Source: a virus (Duplodnaviria > Heunggongvirae > Uroviricota > Caudoviricetes). From it: a DNA stretch of 64,000 nucleotides. Below the pieces are notes generated by a model that saw only the letters and a list, made by a program, of their open reading frames with translations, did not search any database and was not told the DNA's origin. This document shows, one piece after another, positions 39,041 through 48,677 of this stretch; the stretch's first letter is position 1, and the number at the start of each line of letters is the position of its first letter. The position numbers and the translations under genes were made by a program. The stretch lies in the IMG/VR virus record IMGVR_UViG_3300025896_000021; one strand, written 5' to 3'.

Positions 39041-39277
39041 ATGGAACATCCTTTCATGCCCGATATCTCTGAGAAATCAGTAGAAGAACTACAAACTGCA
39101 ATGAATGATCTAACCGGCAAACTAACCTTTGCCCATCGCATGAACCAGCCCTTTATGATTAACCAAATATTCATGGTTCTTGAAGGGTACAAAGCTGAGT
39201 ACGCAAAGCGTATGGATGAAATGTATAAGAAACAAAACATCCAAAACAACATTCAAATCAATAACAACAAGCCCTAA
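39041..39277 (+). CDS. Small hypothetical protein
   Basis: Start moved to ATG 39041 (MEHPFMPD). Confidence 0.6.
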   Translation: MEHPFMPDISEKSVEELQTAMNDLTGKLTFAHRMNQPFMINQIFMVLEGYKAEYAKRMDEMYKKQNIQNNIQINNNKP

Positions 39278-39292
39278 ACGGGCAAATAAGTC

Positions 39293-39321
39293 TTGCATTT
39301 TTGCTATCGCTGTGTTATCAT
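39293..39321 (+). promoter_or_regulatory. sigma70-type promoter
   Basis: TTGCAT-17bp-TATCAT with TG extension. Confidence 0.6.
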
Positions 39322-39326
39322 AGCGT

Positions 39327-39833
39327 ATGAAAACAGATATGTACGGACGTCAACTATTAGATGAGGCAGATTTATGCCAAATCTACTTGTCTGATCCTGA
39401 TAAAGTAATCAACCACGCATTGGTTACTGCCGACATACAGTTTGCTTCTGGATTAGAACTAACCAACTTACCGCATCTAGTCAACTATGTGCAAGAAACA
39501 CTGACACTAGCTGAATTCGATAATCTATCACAAGACAATTGGTACATGCCCGATGAATACAAGTCATTAGACATTGCTAAACTAGTATTGGATTGTTGTA
39601 AGACAGATAGTGAGTTACAACGAGTTGGCGAAGAATTAATCAAGTTTCAAGAAAGAGAAATGTTCCCTTTACTTAGATACTGTAAGTACCTAGTTGACAC
39701 TATGCGCAAACATAATGTCATATGGGGAGTAGGTAGGGGAAGCAGTGTAGCTAGCTATGTTCTGTATTTGATCGGGATTCACAGAATAAATAGCTTGCAT
39801 TACGATATATCGATAGATGAGTTTTTAAAATAG
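39327..39833 (+). CDS. dnaE: DNA polymerase III alpha (C-family) homologous fragment, 168 aa
   Basis: 'R..EEL...', 'NVIWGVGRGSSVASYVLYLIGIHRINSLHYDISIDEFLK' matches the DnaE GRGS region. Confidence 0.75.
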   Translation: MKTDMYGRQLLDEADLCQIYLSDPDKVINHALVTADIQFASGLELTNLPHLVNYVQETLTLAEFDNLSQDNWYMPDEYKSLDIAKLVLDCCKTDSELQRVGEELIKFQEREMFPLLRYCKYLVDTMRKHNVIWGVGRGSSVASYVLYLIGIHRINSLHYDISIDEFLK

Positions 39834-39842
39834 GAGAAACAT

Positions 39843-40184
39843 ATGGCAATTCACAGAACAGCAATGGGCAAGTCAGTAGACATGTCCTCATTATCATCAC
39901 AGCACGAAAAAACAAGAGCAGTAGGTAACATGAACGTCAACGCTCGTGGAGATATTGTTGATAGTAATAATCGAGTCATTCAAGATAATACCAAACGAGT
40001 TAAAGCTACGTACAATAATTCAGTAGCAGATCACCTTACTCCTGGAACAGCTCCGGTTCATGCTCCTGCAATGAATGCATTAGTTGCTGATGAACCAGTT
40101 GAACTATCTGCCGCAGAACAAGAGATGTTTAATCAAGATGACGAAGAAGCTGAAATGGTAACAAAGAAAGCACCAAAAAAGTGA
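39843..40184 (+). CDS. Hypothetical protein
   Basis: 113 aa, AGGAG RBS. Confidence 0.7.
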   Translation: MAIHRTAMGKSVDMSSLSSQHEKTRAVGNMNVNARGDIVDSNNRVIQDNTKRVKATYNNSVADHLTPGTAPVHAPAMNALVADEPVELSAAEQEMFNQDDEEAEMVTKKAPKK

Positions 40185-40570
40185 GCGACATTGTATTGAA
40201 AGCAGCCTTTGAGCCGCACAAAATTACTAAAGCATCTTTCAAGCCAATTGGGCAGCACGTTATCGTTAGTGGTATGGAATTCACTGAACGGTTCACTAAG
40301 AGTGGTATTGTGTTATTGAATGATGACATGAAAAGTCATGGTATCAGACCTCGTTGGGCACAAGTCTATGCACTTGGACCAGACTTCAACGCTATCAATG
40401 ACATTGAAGTGGGCAAATGGATTTACATTACACACGGAAGATGGACGCGCGGTGTTGATATTGAAGACGAAACGGGTAAACACACGTTGCGCAGAGTGGA
40501 TCCTGATGATATACTACTGATATCAGACGAACCCGTCAATGATTTAACAATAGGTGAAAAAGGCGTTTAA
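40181..40570 (+). CDS. groES: GroES/Cpn10-like co-chaperonin
   Basis: 'KPIGQHVIV', mobile loop 'TKSGIVL', 'VYALGP', 'IEVG..I'. Confidence 0.8.
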   Translation: MSDIVLKAAFEPHKITKASFKPIGQHVIVSGMEFTERFTKSGIVLLNDDMKSHGIRPRWAQVYALGPDFNAINDIEVGKWIYITHGRWTRGVDIEDETGKHTLRRVDPDDILLISDEPVNDLTIGEKGV

Positions 40571-40882
40571 ATGTTTAAATGGATCAACAAGTGGTTTAAT
40601 AAGAAGGTAGAGCAAGCGTGGAATGAAGCACGTAATCAAGCATCGCCGCAGGAAGAATCAATGAAGCTGAGTAATACTATCGGCCTCTCCCGCAGTAGAA
40701 GGCTTGAGCAGAATGGTATGAACTTCACAATCTACAATGCAGTTGGTGGACATATTATGGAATATAGTTGCTACGATGAACGTACTGACCATAGCACTAA
40801 AACACTGCATATTATCACTAGCGATCAAGACCTAGGTCAAAGCATTGCACATGTTATCACTTACGAAATGTTGAAAAAATGA
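40571..40882 (+). CDS. Hypothetical protein
   Basis: 103 aa. Confidence 0.65.
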   Translation: MFKWINKWFNKKVEQAWNEARNQASPQEESMKLSNTIGLSRSRRLEQNGMNFTIYNAVGGHIMEYSCYDERTDHSTKTLHIITSDQDLGQSIAHVITYEMLKK

Positions 40883-40908
40883 AAAATAGTCTCTGGGTAG
40901 AAAAGTGA
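40879..40908 (+). pseudogene. 9-codon stub MKNSLWVEK*, remnant of the original clamp-loader 5' end
   Basis: ATGA overlap with upstream stop; matches the RFC/gp44 N-terminal LWVEKYRP motif and duplicates MKSKLWVEAYRP at 41617. Confidence 0.75.
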
Positions 40909-40943
40909 TCTCTATGCATAAATAAGTATACAGGAGTATACTT

Positions 40944-41627
40944 ATGAAATCACCCAGACCAAAAGCTGAATCAACAATCACTACTGAATTTTGTTTCTAC
41001 GGATGTAACACTGTAGCTAAATTCAAGTTCTCTAACGGTAGATATTGTTGTTCAGCCCATCAAAATTCATGTCAAGGTAAAAGAAAACAGTTCTCTGCCC
41101 GCACTGACCACAAAGAAACTGCTTCAAAGTCTTTAGCTACACGGACTAGATTAGGAATCACTAAATCATCTCAGGTTAAGGGAGGTGCGACTAGGGTTGC
41201 GTCAGGGCATTATCAACGATTAGCAGAAAAAATGAAAGAACATTGGGCCGAGCACCCCTGGCAGAATAATGTACAGTGCCCTCTTTTACCTTATAAGGAC
41301 ACGAATTTAAACTATCAAGGCACGCATGAGTATAATTTTTTAGAGAACCTTGAAGATAAGAATGGTATTGATTGGATAAGATATAATGTTTCACGAGGTC
41401 CGTCAATTTGGTATATTGATCCAACTGATAGCACCAAACGACTTTACATTAGTGATTTTTTAGTAGATAATACGATTTATGAGATAAAATCTGAATGGAC
41501 TTGGAACAAACACGGAGAAGATATGGATCTTGAGAATAAGAACAAAGCTAAATTGAATGAATGCGTTATGCAAGGATTTAGTGTTATTTTAGTATTGAAC
41601 GGAAAAGAAATTATATATGAAAAGTAA
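40944..41627 (+). mobile_element. Free-standing putative homing endonuclease (Cys-rich N-terminus plus PD-(D/E)XK-like C-terminus)
   Basis: 'CFYGC..RYCC...C'; 'YISDFLVDNTIYEIKS'; own CATAAATA (40917-40924) and AGGAG; flanked by duplicated target N-termini. Confidence 0.7.
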
Positions 41628-42540
41628 ATTATGGGTTGAAGCCTACAGACCGACAACAACTGAGGACTACGTGTTCGTAGATGACCGTCAACGTGAACAA
41701 GTTGCGGGCTGGATCAAGAATGAATCAATCCCTCACTTACTATTGAGTGGTGATCCAGGCACAGGTAAGACAACACTAGCTAAGGTTTTGATTAACGAGC
41801 TAGGTGTCAATGAGTATGACGTGCTAGAAATTAACGCAAGTCGTGAGAACTCCGTTGACGTTGTACGTAACAAGATTGTTGGATTCGTACAAACAATGCC
41901 CTTTGGTAAGTTCAAAGTCGTATTGCTAGACGAAGCAGACTACTTGACACCAGCTGGTCAAGCTGCATTGCGTAATGATATGGAAGCATATCACATGACT
42001 GCACGGTTTATTCTTACGTGTAACTACGAACATCGTATTATCCCTGCACTTAAGAGCAGATGCCATGAGTTTCGCATCACGAAGACAGACAAAAACGACT
42101 TTACGGCTCGTGCTGCAACAGTATTAGTCACAGAAGACATTAATTTTGATTTAGATGTACTTGATAGCTATGTAACAATCACGTATCCTGACTTGCGCAA
42201 GTGTTTGAATCAATTGCAAGTAAACAGTAGCACAGGAACATTGTTGCCACCTATCTCTACTGGTAGCGGGGAAGACGAATTATTGTTTGATGCAACACAG
42301 TTGTTCAAATCAGGTAAGGTAGCTGAAGGTCGTCAGCAATTGCTTCAGTATCTCAGCCTGAATCCATCAAGACTGGAAGATATCTATCGCTGGATGTATA
42401 ATAATCTCCCATTGTGGGGGAACACGAATGAAAAGCGTGATGCTAGTATCATCTTCATTCGCAACGGATTAGCTAATCTAAGTCTGGTGGGAATTCCTGA
42501 AATCAGTCTAGCAGCTACTCTAGTAGAATTAACAAGTTAA
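41617..42540 (+). CDS. 44: Sliding clamp loader ATPase subunit (gp44/RFC-small-like)
   Basis: 'LWVEAYRP', GDPGTGKT, 'EINASRE', 'LLDEAD', 'SRC', 'PDLRK'. Confidence 0.95.
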   Translation: MKSKLWVEAYRPTTTEDYVFVDDRQREQVAGWIKNESIPHLLLSGDPGTGKTTLAKVLINELGVNEYDVLEINASRENSVDVVRNKIVGFVQTMPFGKFKVVLLDEADYLTPAGQAALRNDMEAYHMTARFILTCNYEHRIIPALKSRCHEFRITKTDKNDFTARAATVLVTEDINFDLDVLDSYVTITYPDLRKCLNQLQVNSSTGTLLPPISTGSGEDELLFDATQLFKSGKVAEGRQQLLQYLSLNPSRLEDIYRWMYNNLPLWGNTNEKRDASIIFIRNGLANLSLVGIPEISLAATLVELTS

Positions 42541-42548
42541 GGAACAAT

Positions 42549-42800
42549 ATGAGATATTTTATAGTTACGTACCTGAGAAAGCCTGATGGCAAAGTTGACG
42601 AGCAAGTTGAGATTGCAAAAAGTTTGAAAGAGCGTGATATTACTACTGCTAATATCATCTTAGACTTTAAGGAAAAAACTGTCGTAAAGAGCGTGATTCA
42701 GGGTATGGTTGTACCAACTGAGTGGGACATTATCTCGGCACATTATAAACAAGTCTATCCAGACTATATTGATGAGCTAGAGAAAATGCAAGACGAATAA
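42549..42800 (+). CDS. Hypothetical protein
   Basis: 83 aa, AAGGA RBS. Confidence 0.7.
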   Translation: MRYFIVTYLRKPDGKVDEQVEIAKSLKERDITTANIILDFKEKTVVKSVIQGMVVPTEWDIISAHYKQVYPDYIDELEKMQDE

Positions 42801-42823
42801 AAAGGGGCGAAAGCCCCTTTTTT
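42799..42823. terminator. Bidirectional terminator
   Basis: aaaaaggggc-gaaa-gcccctttttt between convergent genes. Confidence 0.9.
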
Positions 42824-42824
42824 A

Positions 42825-43616
42825 TTAACCGTACAATCTAAGTACGTGTTCAATTATTCTATGACGTTGAACGTCTTTCAGTTCAAAGTTACATAATTGC
42901 AATCCAGGAATCACCCCCTTCCTCAATCGATTTTGTAGGTCTAGTAGCCCATTGTCGGCTGTTTTTCTATCGGCTTGCTCTATGTCTCCAGTAATTACAA
43001 TCTTACTGTTAACGCCGATTCGGGTCATAATCATTTTGAGTTGCCCTGGGGTTGCATTTTGAGCTTCATCTAATATAATCCAGCTGTCCTTGAAGTTTCG
43101 ACCTCGACAGAATGCTAGGGGTGCGATTTCCACTATTTGTTCTTCTAGCATGTGGGCGATTTCTGCGGCTGTATAATACTCTCTTAGCACATCTAACAAA
43201 GGTCTAGTCCAAGGTTCCATCTTTTGATTGATATCACCTGGTAAGAACCCATGTTGTTCGTCTTCAACACCGATTGCAGGGCGGCTAAGAATAATACGGT
43301 CTGTCTCACCTGCTTTTAGTGCTTTGATAGCAGCTAACATAGCTAAGTAAGTCTTACCTGTTCCAGCTGGTCCACCGACAACTACAATATCTGTAGAATC
43401 GTCAAGTAGTGCTAGAATGTATTTCTCTTGGTTGACTGATTTTGGAATAAGATTAATAGGTCTTTTGTCTACCCGAGTACTAGTTCGAGTTTGATCAAAT
43501 TTAATAGTTTTAGTTTCCTTTGCGTAGTAAGTTTGTGAGTCCTGTTTTCTACCGTGTGATGGGTAACGTGTGTCTTGTTCCTGATTGCGTAAAGCGCCTG
43601 TTTTTCTTTTGCTCAA
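42825..43616 (-). CDS. phoH: PhoH-like ATPase
   Basis: GPAGTGKT, 'GFLPGD', 'RGRNF', 'DEAQN', 'GDIEQAD'; likely TTG start at 43616 after AAGGAG. Confidence 0.95.
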   Translation of the reverse strand: MSKRKTGALRNQEQDTRYPSHGRKQDSQTYYAKETKTIKFDQTRTSTRVDKRPINLIPKSVNQEKYILALLDDSTDIVVVGGPAGTGKTYLAMLAAIKALKAGETDRIILSRPAIGVEDEQHGFLPGDINQKMEPWTRPLLDVLREYYTAAEIAHMLEEQIVEIAPLAFCRGRNFKDSWIILDEAQNATPGQLKMIMTRIGVNSKIVITGDIEQADRKTADNGLLDLQNRLRKGVIPGLQLCNFELKDVQRHRIIEHVLRLYG

Positions 43617-43790
43617 AGTATGTCTCCTTTGGTAGAGCGTGAGTGTTTCCACTCACAGATATTTAAAGGCATCTCATTGAGTTATACTAGTATACTTTTA
43701 ACACAATTTCCTAGCATAAATATTAGGCTAACAGGAACACACTCTTGGATTTGATTTGCGCATAATCAGTTGCACAATGATAAATACACT

Positions 43791-44405
43791 ATGAGCAAAC
43801 ATTCCGCCGACGATTTTTTCAACGATATTGACTACCCTAGTATTATTGATACTATTAAGGGCATCTACACCAGTGACGGTTCAATCAACACATTGCTTGA
43901 TTTTGAACGAGTACTAGACGAATCAGATTTATATGCATTCAAAAATTGGATTTTGGGTGAGTTAGTGGATGGTCCGATCACTAACAAATACTCAGTAGCA
44001 TGTATTTTCATGTACCCAGAGAAACTAATGCCTAACCCAAAAGGTGGCAAAAGACTTACCCACTTGGGATGCAGAATTCATTTTAAAAAGACTACAATGG
44101 AAGTACCTATTAAGCTAGAAGATAATGATGACTTCAAGCCAGGCACACACTATCCAAAAATGATTGAAAAATCAGTATGGTTAGTACGCATTGAAATACC
44201 AAAAGAATTAATGAACGATATCCGTGAAGGTTCTATTGACCTTGCAGGACAGACCTTGGATCTAGATGAGTTGGATGACGCATACGATGATGACTTGGAT
44301 AAAGAAGGTGCAGAGGGCGGAGCCGAAGAAAGTACCGCGACTCAACAAGGTGGCGCATTAGATTCACCGATGGCGGCACCGCAACAACAGCCAGGAGCAA
44401 TGTAA
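43791..44405 (+). CDS. Hypothetical late protein with acidic tail
   Basis: Start moved to ATG 43791, 4 nt after GATAAATA (43779-43786). Confidence 0.7.
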   Translation: MSKHSADDFFNDIDYPSIIDTIKGIYTSDGSINTLLDFERVLDESDLYAFKNWILGELVDGPITNKYSVACIFMYPEKLMPNPKGGKRLTHLGCRIHFKKTTMEVPIKLEDNDDFKPGTHYPKMIEKSVWLVRIEIPKELMNDIREGSIDLAGQTLDLDELDDAYDDDLDKEGAEGGAEESTATQQGGALDSPMAAPQQQPGAM

Positions 44406-44938
44406 TGAGATTAAACGAGAATCTAGATCACCATGATATGGTTGGACAAATTATCCCTACGGTAAGTGTTGATGAATTTTCTGCACAAGCTGGTAGTGAT
44501 GATGAAATTGTCACTTTTGCTTTCATTGTAAAAGGTGAGCAAGCAAGCCAAGACTTAAGTGACTGGTTTGAACGTGGTTATGATTGGATTCTTGACGCAG
44601 CAGTAAGTGAGGGCGAATATACACCAGGTAGAAATCTAGTTTTTGTAGAAATTCCTCGTAGAAGTACAGCAGCCGCTAGACTTATTGAATTGATTGATGA
44701 CTTAGAAACATTAAGTGATATTCCACTAACTGAATGGACCGTTAAATTCAATGGTGAGGATTATGATGCTGATGTTGAACAATTGAAATCAATTATCATT
44801 ATGAGCCCACATGATTATCGTATTGAACATGAAGAAGATTTGAACGAGATGAGAGCAATTGCAGGTCTTCCTGCCAAGAACGTGCACGGTAAAAAAGATA
44901 ATCTTCTTAGAGATTTTCTATCAAAGGCAGGACTATAA
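44405..44938 (+). CDS. Hypothetical acidic protein
   Basis: 177 aa, coupled to the upstream gene. Confidence 0.7.
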   Translation: MRLNENLDHHDMVGQIIPTVSVDEFSAQAGSDDEIVTFAFIVKGEQASQDLSDWFERGYDWILDAAVSEGEYTPGRNLVFVEIPRRSTAAARLIELIDDLETLSDIPLTEWTVKFNGEDYDADVEQLKSIIIMSPHDYRIEHEEDLNEMRAIAGLPAKNVHGKKDNLLRDFLSKAGL

Positions 44939-44939
44939 T

Positions 44940-45554
44940 ATGGCAACACTACTAGCAAAAAAAGCAGGAACAGAGACTCCGATTGCATTGGATGACGATC
45001 ATCACGATGCATTAGCCGCTGATCCAACTGTATCAGCATTTCCGGCAGCAAGCACATTCGGAGCAATAACTAATGGCAACACAGCGACAACAACAGCAGG
45101 ACCAACGACAGGGTTTACAGCATATAGCTCACCGACAACAGGATTCGGTGCAGCACCTGGGGGCTTCGGTTCTCCAGCAACAACCCCAGCAGCAACAGCA
45201 AGTACCCCTAACGCAACAGCAGTTGCCCCCAACCCAGCCATGCTAGCTAGCACAGGTGGTGCAATGCAAGAAGGCGGTGAATCTACTGTAGCACTAGACC
45301 AAGGTGCTACAGATTGGATCAACAAGAAAATGCGACCTATGATGGGTTGGATTTATATGTTGACTTGCACGTGTGACTTTGTTATCTTCCCTGTGTTATG
45401 GTCATTGCTTCAAGCATTGAGCAAAGGTCAAGTTACAAGTCAGTGGCAACCATTGACACTGCAAGGTGCTGGTTTGTATCACATTGCAATGGGTGCAGTT
45501 CTAGGTATCGCAGCATACGGTAGAACAAAAGAAAAGGTAGCCGGAGTAGCATAA
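44940..45554 (+). CDS. Putative holin (GTA-type 3TM family-like) with long Ala/Thr/Pro N-terminal extension
   Basis: 'MRPMMGWIY..TC.CDFVIFPVLW', 'MGAVLGIAAYGRTKEK'; start at ATG 44940. Confidence 0.55.
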   Translation: MATLLAKKAGTETPIALDDDHHDALAADPTVSAFPAASTFGAITNGNTATTTAGPTTGFTAYSSPTTGFGAAPGGFGSPATTPAATASTPNATAVAPNPAMLASTGGAMQEGGESTVALDQGATDWINKKMRPMMGWIYMLTCTCDFVIFPVLWSLLQALSKGQVTSQWQPLTLQGAGLYHIAMGAVLGIAAYGRTKEKVAGVA

Positions 45555-45560
45555 TAAATA

Positions 45561-45589
45561 TTGACATGTAGCACCTAATGTGCTACAAT
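45561..45589 (+). promoter_or_regulatory. sigma70-type promoter, abutting a late motif AATAAATA (45553-45560)
   Basis: TTGACA-17bp-TACAAT; spacer holds a perfect 8-bp inverted repeat. Confidence 0.85.
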
Positions 45590-45596
45590 CAATATC

Positions 45597-46394
45597 ATGG
45601 ACCATTATAATACTCTTGGTGTAGCTAGAAACGCTTCACCTGACGAAATCAAAAAAGCATATCGAAGACTAGCAGCTATTCATCACCCGGACAAAGGTGG
45701 TGATACTGCTATGTTTCAACAGATTCAAGCAGCTTACGAAACACTAAGCGACCCCCAAAAGAAACAAGAATACGAACAACCGCAGCAGGGTTTCCCGGGC
45801 GGCTTTCCAGGCGGAGGCTTTAGCTTTCATCACGGTGGAGTTGATATTAATGATATCATCGGGCAGATGTTTGGTGGTGGAAGACAAAATCCATTTCAAC
45901 AACATTTCCAACAAACTTATAAAACAACTATTTGGGTATCGCTAGAACAAGTTTTCACTGGTGGCGAACAAATGCTACAAATGCAAGGACCAAATGGAAT
46001 ACAAGTAGTGAAGATTGAGATTCCAAAAGGAGTAGAAAACGGTGCGCAACTACGATTTGATAACTTGATTCCAAATGGAATACTTATGGTTGAATTTAGA
46101 GTGCATGTGCATCCCGTATACGAACGTCAAGGTAGCCACTTGTTGTGCCAACATCGCATTAGTGTGTTAGACTTGATTGTCGGAACCAAGTTCTCATTCA
46201 CTACTATATCTGGGAAAACATTCGAAGTTGATGTTAAACCAGGAACACAACCTGATAGTACATTACGCATCGCCGGACAAGGTTTACCTACTCAGAATGG
46301 CTACGGTGACCAATTGATATTGATTAAACCGTTTATTCCTGATAAAATAGACAAAAGCATAACTGACAGTATTTTACAACACAAAACTTCATAA
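45597..46394 (+). CDS. dnaJ: DnaJ/CbpA-like J-domain co-chaperone (no Zn finger)
   Basis: 'HYNTLGV..NAS.DEIKKAYRRLA..HHPDKGGD', G/F-rich linker, C-terminal substrate domain. Confidence 0.95.
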   Translation: MDHYNTLGVARNASPDEIKKAYRRLAAIHHPDKGGDTAMFQQIQAAYETLSDPQKKQEYEQPQQGFPGGFPGGGFSFHHGGVDINDIIGQMFGGGRQNPFQQHFQQTYKTTIWVSLEQVFTGGEQMLQMQGPNGIQVVKIEIPKGVENGAQLRFDNLIPNGILMVEFRVHVHPVYERQGSHLLCQHRISVLDLIVGTKFSFTTISGKTFEVDVKPGTQPDSTLRIAGQGLPTQNGYGDQLILIKPFIPDKIDKSITDSILQHKTS

Positions 46395-46403
46395 GGAAAC
46401 ATA

Positions 46404-48677
46404 GTGCATTCACCCGAAATTGAATCAATCATCGAACAAGCAGTAGGTTTGGCGAAAGTTCGCAATCATCAGTATTGCACCGTCGAGCACTTGTTGCTTG
46501 CATTAATTAATTATGTACCATTCAAGAAATGTATAGTTGGTCACGGTATTGACACTGAATCTATGAACAAAGACATAACTGCATATTTGGATAGCTTAAC
46601 AGCTATTACAGTAGATGTAGAGCCCGGTCAAGAAGTTCAACCTCGTAAGACCAACAGCTTAGAACGTGTGATGAATCGAAGCGTAACTCAAGTATTGTTC
46701 ACTGGTCGCAAAGTTGTGACTACGATTGACTTGTACCTGAGTATTAGCGCAGAAACAAATAGTCACGCGCATTACTTTATGCTTAAGTATGGCTTTGTGA
46801 AGAACGAATTTGTTCCTTACTGGCAGAAAAACTACAAGAGTGACCACAAAGAAGTCAAGATGACAGATGAGCAAGCTGATGAGATTCTTGAAGAATTTAC
46901 TATCAACATGACTCAATTGGCTAAGCTAGACAAACTTGAGCCAGTCATCGGTCGTACTAAAGAAATTGATGATATCGTTAACGTTCTGGCAAAACGATTC
47001 AAAAGCAATGTATTGATGGTTGGTGATCCTGGCGTGGGAAAAACTGCGATTGCAGAAGGTCTCGCACAGATGATTGTCAACAAAGAAGTACCTGACTTTT
47101 TGTTAGATCACGAATTGTATAGTCTTGAAATCGGTTCATTGCTTGCAGGTAGTAAGTATCGTGGTGACTTTGAAGAAAAGGTCAAAGACGTACTAGAAGC
47201 ATTGGCTGCAAAAGAAAATGCTATTCTGTTCATTGACGAAGCACATACCATGCGTAGTGCAGGCGGCTCCAGCAATGGAAGTGTTGACTTTGCTAACATG
47301 ATCAAGCCTGCGATTACTAAAGGCACACTGAAAGTTATTGCTAGTACTACATGGGAAGAATTCTACGAAAGTTTCGAGAAGGATCGTGCATTGATGCGCC
47401 GATTCTATCGTGTTAGTATTGATGAACCAAGTCCAGAGTCTACTGTTCGAATTCTCAAAGGATTGAGTGCAAGATTGAGCGATTTCCACAGTGTTGAAAT
47501 CACCGACGAAGCAATCAATGCAAGCGTAGAAGGTGCAACTCGTTACATTCAAGATCGTAAGAACCCTGACAAATCTATTGACTTGCTAGACGCAGCTTGT
47601 GCTAAACAACGTGTGTTGGAAAACAAAGGTGCTGTCATCACTAAGGAACTAGTGTTTGAGCAAATTGAAAAGTACACTGGAGTTCCTGCTGACAAGTTGA
47701 CAGATGATACTTCTGATAGAATTCAAAATCTAGAAACTAATGTTAAAGATAAATTGTACGGACAAGAGGAAACGGTTGATAAAGTACTTGAACGTATCTA
47801 TGTGTCATTCGCGGGTATCGGTAATCAAACTAAACCTCTAGCAAGTTTCTTGTTCTTAGGACCAACTGGTACAGGTAAGACCGAACTAGCTAAACAACTT
47901 AGTAAGAACTTGGACATGAAATTGCTCAAGTACGATATGAGTGAATACAGTGAAAAGTTTAACGTCAGCGGCTTGCTAGGCGCACCTCCTGGTTATGTAG
48001 GCTTCGGTGAAGGAAACTTAGGCGGCGGCAGACTTATCAATGACTTGAGTAAGCACCCTCACTCTATCTTGTTGTTTGATGAAGTTGAAAAAGCTCACCC
48101 TGATATCTTTAACGTATTCTTGCAATTGTTAGACGAAGGTCGTGTTACTGGTACAAACGGTAAAGAAGTGAATGCTAAAAACTGTATCATTATTATGACT
48201 AGCAACTTAGGTTCTAGTGATAGCGAACGTAGCAACATTGGCTTCGGTAGTCAAGAACGTATCGGTGATGATGACAAAGCATTGAAAGAATTCTTCAAGC
48301 CAGAATTCAGGAATCGTATTGACCTGATTACTAAGTTTGGTAAGCTAGACATACTAGCAATTAAAAAAATCGTTATTAAGTTTACCGATGACTTGAAGAA
48401 ATCTCTTAAGGAAGTGCATGACATTACATTGAATCTTAGTGAGCCAGTAGTAGATTATCTAGCTGACAAGGGATATGATCCTAAAATGGGCGCACGTCCT
48501 TTAGCTCGTAAAATTGATGAACTAGTACGCATCCCATTAAGTAAGAAGATTCTGTTTGAACGTATTAAAAACACCACAATTACTGCTAATATGAATGGAG
48601 ATGAAATACGTTTTGACATAGCACAGAAACTAAACGTAGGGGTAGATAGTAATGGTTTCATCAACGTCATTAGTTAA
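46404..48677 (+). CDS. clpA: ClpA-type Hsp100 AAA+ unfoldase
   Basis: Clp N-domain; two NBDs ([16 protein letters not shown]); 'GAPPGYVG'; ClpP-docking 'IGF' loop; no ClpB middle domain. Confidence 0.92.
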   Translation: MHSPEIESIIEQAVGLAKVRNHQYCTVEHLLLALINYVPFKKCIVGHGIDTESMNKDITAYLDSLTAITVDVEPGQEVQPRKTNSLERVMNRSVTQVLFTGRKVVTTIDLYLSISAETNSHAHYFMLKYGFVKNEFVPYWQKNYKSDHKEVKMTDEQADEILEEFTINMTQLAKLDKLEPVIGRTKEIDDIVNVLAKRFKSNVLMVGDPGVGKTAIAEGLAQMIVNKEVPDFLLDHELYSLEIGSLLAGSKYRGDFEEKVKDVLEALAAKENAILFIDEAHTMRSAGGSSNGSVDFANMIKPAITKGTLKVIASTTWEEFYESFEKDRALMRRFYRVSIDEPSPESTVRILKGLSARLSDFHSVEITDEAINASVEGATRYIQDRKNPDKSIDLLDAACAKQRVLENKGAVITKELVFEQIEKYTGVPADKLTDDTSDRIQNLETNVKDKLYGQEETVDKVLERIYVSFAGIGNQTKPLASFLFLGPTGTGKTELAKQLSKNLDMKLLKYDMSEYSEKFNVSGLLGAPPGYVGFGEGNLGGGRLINDLSKHPHSILLFDEVEKAHPDIFNVFLQLLDEGRVTGTNGKEVNAKNCIIIMTSNLGSSDSERSNIGFGSQERIGDDDKALKEFFKPEFRNRIDLITKFGKLDILAIKKIVIKFTDDLKKSLKEVHDITLNLSEPVVDYLADKGYDPKMGARPLARKIDELVRIPLSKKILFERIKNTTITANMNGDEIRFDIAQKLNVGVDSNGFINVIS

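Noticed and set aside
39327-39833. Split-intein DnaE like that of cyanobacteria
   Set aside because: No intein N-terminal (C/S) splice motif follows the fragment, and the break point is far upstream of the known cyanobacterial split site
40908-41616. Group I intron in the clamp-loader gene
   Set aside because: The downstream gene has its own complete ATG and N-terminus, and the flanks of the nuclease ORF are too short for an intron core
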